Source: Capsulimonadaceae bacterium (GTDB lineage Bacteria; Armatimonadota; Armatimonadia; Armatimonadales; Capsulimonadaceae). From it: a stretch of DNA of 64,000 nt. Shown here piece after piece: positions 1 through 6,965 of the stretch. The translations under genes and the position numbers were made by a program. The notes beneath the pieces were generated by a model that saw nothing but the letters and a program-made list of their open reading frames with translations, searched no databases and was not told the DNA's origin. The DNA is taken from positions 70,443 to 134,442 of the forward strand of contig CBDCAE010000005.1 of assembly GCA_965213825.1 (NCBI GenBank). Reading direction: 5' to 3'. Position 1 is the stretch's first letter. The number at the start of each line of letters is the position of its first letter.

Positions 1-380
1 TTTCTGAGGCGGCTGAAAAACTCCTGCGCTTCCTGCCAGTTGCCCTGGTGGCCCTCCGTAAAGAACACAAACTTTTGGCTCCGTTCCAGATCGACGGCCC
101 GGTACAGGTCAGAAAGAACATCATGCACAAGATCGTGCAATGACCATGCGGAGCCGTCTGAACGCGCCTTCAACTGAACGATAGATTCATCTTCTGATCG
201 AATAAGAGCAGCATCCCCGCCACTCGATGGTTCTAATACTAGAGTTGCCTGAACTAAGCCTTCCCCTTCACCGCCCTGATTGGATTGGCGCACGTGCATA
301 CGCGATGCTTCTAGCAAGCACCACAGCATCTGGTAAATAACGCCGTTGATCATGGCGGAGCCGCCCGGTGGTACACTCAT
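1..380 (-). CDS. Partial ORF (first ~126 codons; continues beyond window start): PD-(D/E)xK-type nuclease N-domain resembling DUF4297/Cap4-like defence nucleases
   Basis: Absent from ORF track because it runs off the edge. My translation from ATG 380..378: MSVPPGGSAMINGVIYQMLWCLLEASRMH...ATLVLEPSSGGDAALIRSEDESIVQLKARSDGSAWSL... It shows a GG..A..G..YQ head followed by an E...D...QLK pattern. ATGA stop/start overlap with ORF 377..925. Confidence 0.35.
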   Translation of the reverse strand, partial: MSVPPGGSAMINGVIYQMLWCLLEASRMHVRQSNQGGEGEGLVQATLVLEPSSGGDAALIRSEDESIVQLKARSDGSAWSLHDLVHDVLSDLYRAVDLERSQKFVFFTEGHQGNWQEAQEFFSRLR

Positions 381-925
381 AGGTTATTATAGCATTTTGG
401 AAGATAAGGCAGATCGTACTGGGTCAGGCTTCCCTTGACGAACCCGCTGTCCACCACAGGCGCTGTCGGGATGCGTTGCAGCACGGCAAGTGTGTTACCA
501 TAATGATCTCGGTCCGGGTGCAAAGTGATCAGCATGTCAAGCCGTTTTACGCCGCGTTGCTGAAGTTCGGCAAACAGCATGGACCTGGCAGATGGCGGTC
601 CAGTGTCAATAAGAAGGTTCTTGCCGGAAGGCGTTTGAATGAACGCACTGTCTCCCTGGCCCACGTCCAGAAAGGAAACCAGCAGGGGCTGTGGGTAAGG
701 CGCAACAGCACCACGCTTTTGATGAAGATGAAAGCCGTAACCAGCAACACAGGCCACCAGAAACAGCAAGAGAAGAGGCGGCAGCCAGCGGCGGCGGGAA
801 GGATTGACTAACTTTTCGGGCGGAGGAAGACCCAGGCGCTTTCGTGCCAGACGGTCGAAGTCGTCCAAGGATTTAGTCGCATCTTGAAGATTATGGTGCT
901 TTCCTGGAAGCGGTTTCTTAGCCAT
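377..925 (-). CDS. Membrane-anchored MBL-fold protein, ComEC C-terminal-domain-like, apparently truncated
   Basis: TM segment WLPPLLLLFLVACVAGYGF, then FLDVGQGDSAFIQTPSGKNLLIDTG and LITLHPDRDHYGN (HxHxDH-like). The ORF ends ~45 aa later, before the distal metal ligands expected in an MBL fold. Confidence 0.6.
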   Translation of the reverse strand: MAKKPLPGKHHNLQDATKSLDDFDRLARKRLGLPPPEKLVNPSRRRWLPPLLLLFLVACVAGYGFHLHQKRGAVAPYPQPLLVSFLDVGQGDSAFIQTPSGKNLLIDTGPPSARSMLFAELQQRGVKRLDMLITLHPDRDHYGNTLAVLQRIPTAPVVDSGFVKGSLTQYDLPYLPKCYNNL

Positions 926-992
926 ATGTCACTGTACCGCATTCAATCGTGTTCGAATGCAGCATTGGCTTACCAGGCACACCCTAGGATTC

Positions 993-2066
993 CTACAAGT
1001 CCTCGAAGCGGGGGCTATAAACAAGCGTCACTTTGCCAACGATGTTCCCGCGTGGCAGAAACCCCCAGACATGCGAGTCATTGCTGTCGTTGCGGTTGTC
1101 GCCCAGAACGAAATACTCCCCCACGGGCACCCGGATCCACCAGATACCGTCATGCTTGACCAGCGACGAGCGACGCTTCTCGAACCAGTCGTCCTGGCTG
1201 TCCTCACTTTCCGGCTGAGGCAGGTTGCTGGAGTAGCCCATCGCGATGTAGGGTTCCCTAAGAGTACCCTTTCCGTAAATCATTACCCTGCCGTCTGCTA
1301 CCCGCAGGTCTTCGCCCGGCAGGCCGATAATGCGTTTTACATAATCGTCACCCCCAGACAGGTACGAAGCGGCGCTGGCTGGCGCATGGAACGCCACGAT
1401 GTCGCCGCGCCGGGGGAGATGAAAACGGTAGACGACTTTGTTCACCAGAAAGTGTGTGTTTTCCGGCAGCGTCGGGGCCATCGAGGGACTGGGAGCATAA
1501 AACGATTGCATCAAGAATGGACGGACCAGGCCGAACACAAGAGCAAAGGGAATGGCGAAGCCCAGAACCGCGCAGGCTGTAAGGGCAGGATAGCGCGGAC
1601 GGGTGGCGGCAATCACCCGCGTTCTGGTTGCTAAATCATGAAACGCCTGTTTTTGCGGCGTGACGAAGATTGCAACATAGTCCGCCAGTCCGATCAAGTA
1701 GTGCGTCAGCCCATAGAAAAACCAGTCCAGCATGCTTCTGCCAAGACTACGGCCAAATCCAATGGGTACATCGCCTGAACCGGCAAGCACTACGCGCAAG
1801 CCCGCCAGTCGGTAGCCGAGTGTTTGTCGCCCCCCACTTGTCCCGACAGCGAGATACAGAATGCCGAACAAGAGAAACACGCCAATGAGCCAGAAAACGA
1901 GTCTTGTACCGGGAACGCCGTCTGCTTGAAGAACAGCAAAGATAATGAGAAGGACACCGCAGAAAGCGTCTACCAACAGGAGATCCACGAATTTCGCCAG
2001 GAACCTGCGCCCGAACGGGGCCGGGCTTGGGCTAATGGATGTTGTTTCGGGAGATTGTTCAACCAT
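993..2066 (-). CDS. lepB: RDD-domain membrane protein fused to signal peptidase I (S26)
   Basis: N-terminal half: RRFLAKFVDLLLVD...GRQTLGYRLAGLRVV with several TM segments (RDD family). C-terminal half: APSPSMAPTL (catalytic Ser box), VKRIIGLPGED (Lys box), GDNRNDSNDSHVWGFLPRGNIVGKV. Confidence 0.8.
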   Translation of the reverse strand: MVEQSPETTSISPSPAPFGRRFLAKFVDLLLVDAFCGVLLIIFAVLQADGVPGTRLVFWLIGVFLLFGILYLAVGTSGGRQTLGYRLAGLRVVLAGSGDVPIGFGRSLGRSMLDWFFYGLTHYLIGLADYVAIFVTPQKQAFHDLATRTRVIAATRPRYPALTACAVLGFAIPFALVFGLVRPFLMQSFYAPSPSMAPTLPENTHFLVNKVVYRFHLPRRGDIVAFHAPASAASYLSGGDDYVKRIIGLPGEDLRVADGRVMIYGKGTLREPYIAMGYSSNLPQPESEDSQDDWFEKRRSSLVKHDGIWWIRVPVGEYFVLGDNRNDSNDSHVWGFLPRGNIVGKVTLVYSPRFEDL

Positions 2067-2207
2067 AGCGGTAGCATCGTAACATACAATTTACGGCCGT
2101 TTGCATTTTTGGATCTGTCCGGCCTCTAAAACATCCTCCGTGATGCCGACTATCTTGGGATGGGAAGACTAGTTTATATCCGCTTCTTCGGCAGATACAC
2201 GCTTTAT

Positions 2208-2423
2208 ATGAGTACGGTCTATAAGTGCCTCGCGGCCTTGATCGTGTGGGCTGTGGGTATCGTGCTCGTTGTTCATTCTGTACCTACCCCGCATCCACCC
2301 CCGCCGCCCGAATGTTACGAAGTTTTCAAGGATAGCCCTCCGGGCTGCACATACAAAGGCCTAACGGTAAGCCAACAATATGACGCAAGAGCGAGCCAGA
2401 AATACTGGAACCTCGGTAAATAA
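2208..2423 (+). CDS. Small hypothetical membrane protein (71 aa from internal ATG)
   Basis: ORF 2160..2423. Hydrophobic CLAALIVWAVGIVLVV followed by a proline run. No recognisable family. Confidence 0.3.
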   Translation: MSTVYKCLAALIVWAVGIVLVVHSVPTPHPPPPPECYEVFKDSPPGCTYKGLTVSQQYDARASQKYWNLGK

Positions 2424-2424
2424 G

Positions 2425-2691
2425 ATGCTGCTTACATTTATAATTCGCCTGGTCGTGTTGGTCTTGGGCACATGGGGACTCATCAGCATAGGAAACTTTG
2501 CTCTCGGCACAAGCAAAGCGGTGTATCAATCAACCCACAACAATCTTTTTGCCGGTGCTACCCTGCTCTTGATATGCGGCGTCGGTTTCTGCTTTCTGGC
2601 ATTCGCAACCTATGCCCTAGCGTTCGGGACTGTGACATTGTTCGGCGCGTTGATGCGCCTGTTCAACAGACTTAGAACGCACTCTGAATGA
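2425..2691 (+). CDS. Small hypothetical membrane protein (88 aa from internal ATG)
   Basis: ORF 2380..2691. ATG 2425 lies 1 nt after the stop of the previous ORF. Three hydrophobic segments. Confidence 0.35.
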   Translation: MLLTFIIRLVVLVLGTWGLISIGNFALGTSKAVYQSTHNNLFAGATLLLICGVGFCFLAFATYALAFGTVTLFGALMRLFNRLRTHSE

Positions 2692-3017
2692 TCGCCGTTG
2701 CGACCGGATTCGCCCGTATCCCTGTCGCTCCGGCTCCGGGGGTGGTGGCGTTCTCTCAACCTCGTTTTGCTTCAGGTAAGTGTTCAACAGTTGCGGGCTC
2801 CTTGCCCTTGCTGTCCCGGTCTTCTCTGCGGCCTTCGGGCAGTTCGGCTAGTTCCCGGTTCAACTCGTCCATCCCATAAAATCTTGATCGGCGCTACGGT
2901 TCGTTGTCAAGGTCAAGTGCAGTGGTCGGCTTCCTGCTGATGCTTGGCTGTTCGGCAAATGCCGAACAGACTCCTGCTCGTAGTTGCACTGCTTCGTCTG
3001 TTGCAGCGCTTCTTCTC

Positions 3018-3026
3018 TGGTATAAT
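3018..3026 (+). promoter_or_regulatory. Extended -10 promoter element TGgTATAAT
   Basis: ctGGTATAAT at 3018-3026, 25 nt upstream of ATG 3052. The identical CTGGTATAAT recurs at 30430-30439. Confidence 0.4.
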
Positions 3027-3051
3027 TTATGAGCCGCTGGGGGGCGGCGCT

Positions 3052-4169
3052 ATGCTCTTCAAGCCACTCGACAAAGACGCCTTCGCTCATGCCGTTCTCC
3101 AGATTGTCCAGACATCGGGCCTCGGCTCTGTGGTGTATGACCCAGAAACATTCTCGCTGAAAGCCGCCGACCGAGAGATCGTCATTCACCTCGGCAACAT
3201 CTTCGCGGAGCACCTTGCCGCAAAGCCCTGGCGGCGCAGCCGAGTTCTTGAAGGCTTCACACGCCATCTACAGGGCGTACTGGCGGCCGTGGAGCCGACG
3301 GCAGATTATGCCAAAACCGCGCTGCGTCCACGTGTTCGTGAGCGCACCTACTTTGAGGTGCAGCGTCTGCGTGACGAGATCGCAGGGACCCAAAGGCCCG
3401 AAATCCTCTTCCGCGAACTCGGCGGCGGGCATCTGGCACTGGAAGTCGTACTGGATCAACCCGACAGCCTGAGAAGCATATCCGTTGATGATCTGAACGA
3501 GTGGGGAATGACCTTTGAGGACGCCGTTCTTATCGCGAATGACAATTTGCTTACTCTTGGGCTGGGCCGCTTCCAGTCGCCGAGGCCAGGGCTGTTCGTA
3601 TCGGCCTGGCACGATGTGTATGATGCGTCGCGTCTGCATCTCGCAGAGATCGTCAGCGGCCTCGCGGTGAAGGGGCGTCCCGTGGCGATGGTGCCGAACC
3701 GGAATAGTCTGATCATTACCGGGGCAGATGACGCCGAAGGACTGTTGGCGATGGCGCGGCTGACGGAAGAAGCGCTGAAACAGCCTCGGCCCATGACAGG
3801 CTACGCATTCCGGCTGGACAACGGCTGGGTGCCGTTCCTGCCGCCGGCGGGTCATCCAGAGTATATCTCGCTGCATCGTTTGTTCGTGCAGACGCTGGCG
3901 GGGATTACGAGGAGCAGAAGGGGCTGCTGGAGGCACTGCACAAGAAGAAAGGCATGGACACTTTTGTTGCCAGCGTCATGGTGATGGAAGATCGAAGCAG
4001 CAAGAATCTGTCGTCGGTCGCGACCTGGGCTGAGGGGGTGGATGCGCTTTTGCCGCGTGTGGACCGCGTTGCGTTTATTGGGGCCGGCACTGCGAATGAC
4101 CCGAATATCCTGGGCATGGCGGATTGGGCGCGGGTTGAAGCGGTTTTGGGGGATCTGCTGGAAGCGTAG
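3052..4169 (+). pseudogene. Hypothetical conserved protein interrupted by a -1 frameshift in a G-run (or sequencing error)
   Basis: The frame of ORF 2944..3984 reads ...EYISLHRLFVQTLAG, then nonsense. The frame of ORF 3954..4169 continues DYEEQKGLLEALHKKKGMDTFVASVMV... from 3900. The junction is GGGG at 3900-3903; one extra G would fuse both parts. Confidence 0.5.
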
Positions 4170-4474
4170 GGGCTGTATCCGGAACGATACAGGGTGCGGG
4201 AGTTCCCGGCGTCGGAGCAGTTAAGTCGGCTGGAACTGGTATAAGAGGTGTTGCTTGTAATGTCTCTTCCCGGTGTTGACAAGAACCAATATCACACTGG
4301 ACAAACTTCAGTAAACAACCATAAAGATTTCCAGATCCCGGATAAAATTTTTAGAACTTCATCAACGATGGGAAGAAGGAATCGGTGAAGGTACAAGCGA
4401 ACATAACGTATATTATCCCTGCCTTTCCATAACAAAACTCCCAAAATAATTCCGTATTCACCCGTGTTGAGCAA

Positions 4475-5980
4475 ATGAATTTTGAAGATCTACCAACGGT
4501 TGGTTACGAAGAAGCAAAGCCAGATGCAGGTGGTGTAGCGCAGGCTTTTGCCAGAATCGGTTACCAACTTGAAGAAGCCTTAGCAGACCTAGTAGACAAC
4601 TCAATCGATGCCGGAGCAGGCAATATCCTGATCCGATTCTATCGCGATTCTAACTCCATCAAACGGATAGTTGTGGTCGATGATGGTCGTGGAATGTCGC
4701 CCACCGAGATGCGACGAGCCATGCAATTTGGCGTACGCCAAAAACACAAAAAGTCAGATCTAGGCAAGTACGGCATGGGTCTGAAAACGGCTTCATTCAG
4801 TCAATGTCGTTCTTTAACTGTCCTCACAAGACATCGAGAAGTATCAACAGGTCGTCGGTGGACTTTATCATCAATTGAAAAAGGTTGGCTTACGGAAAAG
4901 ATTTCTGATGCTGCGACACACAATTTTTTTTTGGGCTTCTGGACTTACTTTGACATCATCCAGCATGGGTCTATCATTGTGTGGGACGAACTTGATCAAT
5001 TCAAAGTTTTAGAGCATGGTTTCGAGGCTGGGCTAACGCGCATTCTGAGACAGATCGACAAGCATCTTGGATTGGTCTTTCATCGTCTTATTAACGAAAG
5101 CAAATGTCAAATCTCGGTAGACACATATAATTACCAAACGGATGCGCCCGGTCCGCAGTTTGTTGTCAAGCCACTCGACCCGTTTTCCTATATACGCACT
5201 GGTAAAACAGGTTACCCAAAGATATTCAAAATGCTATTTTCTGATCTTCCGCCACTCAGGTTGGAGGCTCATATTTGGCCGCCTCAGTCGGTTCTTCCAG
5301 GCTACAAATTGGGTGGAGGAAATGTTGCGGCCCGGCAGGGTTTTTATATATATCGGAACAACCGTCTTATACAAGCAGGTGGCTGGAATGGTTGGCGAGA
5401 AAGCGACTCCGAGCCACATGTTTCCTTGGCACGGATCAAGATTGACATCAACGATCAATATGGAGACGTGTTTCGTTTGAAGGTGCAGAAGTCAGGAACG
5501 GATGTATCTCAGGACTTTCGTAATGCTCTTAGCGTGGTTTCGAGCGGAAAAACAACGCTCACAGACTTTGTTCAGGATGCTGTCAGCACATACAGAAAGT
5601 CGCAGGCGAATCTACGAAGAACGTGCCTTGTTCCTGGAAAGGGCATACTGCCAAAACTTCAGTCCGCAATGAAGTCGGTCCTGGCAGAGAAAAATGACAT
5701 GATTGGAACAATAGACTTTGAATGGAAGCAAATGCCACCAAACATTGTCTTCTATGCTGCTGCCGATGAATGCCGTATTTACTTGAACAGTGAGTATCGT
5801 GAGAAACTATCCCAGAAAACAAGAGCGTCAACAAATGATGCTACTGTTGCAAAGACACTACTCTTCATGCTGTTGCGGGATGAGTTGCAGAGCAGACGGC
5901 AAAGCAAAAAAAGCACAAGAGCAACCGAAGCCCTTAATTCTATATTGTACGCGATAGTAAGCGGAGACCACAATGGCTGA
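4475..5980 (+). CDS. GHKL-superfamily (MORC/MutL-like, HATPase_c_3-type) ATPase, R-M associated
   Basis: Bergerat-fold motifs: EALADLVDNSIDAGA (N box), VVVDDGRGM (G1), LGKYGMGLKTAS (G2). 8-nt overlap (ATGGCTGA) with the next ORF. Confidence 0.85.
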   Translation: MNFEDLPTVGYEEAKPDAGGVAQAFARIGYQLEEALADLVDNSIDAGAGNILIRFYRDSNSIKRIVVVDDGRGMSPTEMRRAMQFGVRQKHKKSDLGKYGMGLKTASFSQCRSLTVLTRHREVSTGRRWTLSSIEKGWLTEKISDAATHNFFLGFWTYFDIIQHGSIIVWDELDQFKVLEHGFEAGLTRILRQIDKHLGLVFHRLINESKCQISVDTYNYQTDAPGPQFVVKPLDPFSYIRTGKTGYPKIFKMLFSDLPPLRLEAHIWPPQSVLPGYKLGGGNVAARQGFYIYRNNRLIQAGGWNGWRESDSEPHVSLARIKIDINDQYGDVFRLKVQKSGTDVSQDFRNALSVVSSGKTTLTDFVQDAVSTYRKSQANLRRTCLVPGKGILPKLQSAMKSVLAEKNDMIGTIDFEWKQMPPNIVFYAAADECRIYLNSEYREKLSQKTRASTNDATVAKTLLFMLLRDELQSRRQSKKSTRATEALNSILYAIVSGDHNG

Positions 5981-6965
5981 GGCAACTAGACACCTGACAT
6001 GGGACAACTTTAACACAATTATCACTGAGGCTATACCAGGGCTTCATCGGGTTACCGGCTCACCTCCGGTTGATCTCTTCGTTGATCCAGAAGGCGCGAG
6101 GATTGGTTTGCGAGTACCGTATCCGTATGAATGTACAGTCCCCCCAAGTCCACTATCAGAAGTGAAAATAGAGCGTATCATGATCGCAGGGGAGGCTTTT
6201 GTTGATATTACAACCGGTAGCAGGCTTCTTTACGCTGAGTTTTATTCGCTAATGATCACTATTGCCAATAAAATTCAAAGTGACAAAATGGATCCCCTTG
6301 TTGCATTCGGGGAAACACTGGACAGTTGGCGGGTCCTGTTGCGATCAGTAGCAGTTCTAACTGAGGACCAGCAACTGGGCCTTCTTGGAGAACTTTGGAT
6401 GCTAGAGCGTCTGCTCATGAACAAAGGACCACGGGCGATACGTTTCTGGGTTGGGCCTCTTGCTGAAGAACACGATTTTCGTCTGACTGATCATGATTTT
6501 GAGGTCAAGTCTACCCGATCGTTACAGCGCGTGCATATTATTAGTAGTCTTCAACAACTGCAAAATGGACTAGGGCGGCGGTTGTTCCTTTTGTCGTTAC
6601 AATATGGTCTAGCACCAACTAACTTATCGCTCCCAAGCGCGGTTCAGAATGTCCGCGCTTTGTTGAGCGGAGATATTGAAGAACTTGCGACCTTCAATGA
6701 CTTGCTCACAAATGGCTCTGGATACCGCGATGAGTACGCAATACATTACCCGGCAACTTATTTTATGAGAGCACAGCCAGTAATCGTGCCGATTGACGTA
6801 TCTTTTCCAAAAATAACACCGTCGACTATAGCCAGCATTCATGATGGCAACCGGATCAGCGATGTGAAATATCGCGTGAATATTGAAGGTATGGGCTTTA
6901 AGGATGGGAGCGATCCATTCTGTTCTATTTTACCAGCGGTGGGAGGAAGTATTGTCAAACTTTAA
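5973..6965 (+). CDS. PD-(D/E)xK motif protein (putative nuclease subunit)
   Basis: EEHDFRLTDHDFEVKSTRS fits D...(D/E)xK. Overlaps both neighbouring ORFs. Confidence 0.7.
   Translation: MAEATRHLTWDNFNTIITEAIPGLHRVTGSPPVDLFVDPEGARIGLRVPYPYECTVPPSPLSEVKIERIMIAGEAFVDITTGSRLLYAEFYSLMITIANKIQSDKMDPLVAFGETLDSWRVLLRSVAVLTEDQQLGLLGELWMLERLLMNKGPRAIRFWVGPLAEEHDFRLTDHDFEVKSTRSLQRVHIISSLQQLQNGLGRRLFLLSLQYGLAPTNLSLPSAVQNVRALLSGDIEELATFNDLLTNGSGYRDEYAIHYPATYFMRAQPVIVPIDVSFPKITPSTIASIHDGNRISDVKYRVNIEGMGFKDGSDPFCSILPAVGGSIVKL

Noticed and set aside
2860-3267. 135-aa minus-strand ORF across the promoter and 5' end of the 3052 gene, and a 38-codon minus-strand ORF at 2757-2873.
   Set aside because: The first is antisense to a better-supported gene and spans its TGgTATAAT promoter. 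The second is too short and has no supporting signal.
4200-4235. GGTGCGGGAGTTCCCGGCGTCGGAGC resembles a tRNA T-arm/acceptor end, suggesting a possible tRNA relic or att site at the left edge of the AT-rich block.
   Set aside because: It is in the opposite orientation to tRNA-Thr, the match is poor, and there is no full cloverleaf.
4292-4474. 60-aa minus-strand ORF upstream of the GHKL ATPase gene.
   Set aside because: It lies in an AT-rich promoter-like region, has an implausible hydrophobic/aromatic composition, and lacks an SD. It is probably non-coding.
6883-6951. The longest-ORF start (TTG 6883) for the Z1 protein, overlapping 83 nt of the previous gene.
   Set aside because: TTG 6952 is preceded by GGAGG at optimal spacing and gives the short overlap typical of this operon. 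The upstream extension (MKVWALRMGAIHSVLFYQRWEEV) looks like out-of-frame read-through.
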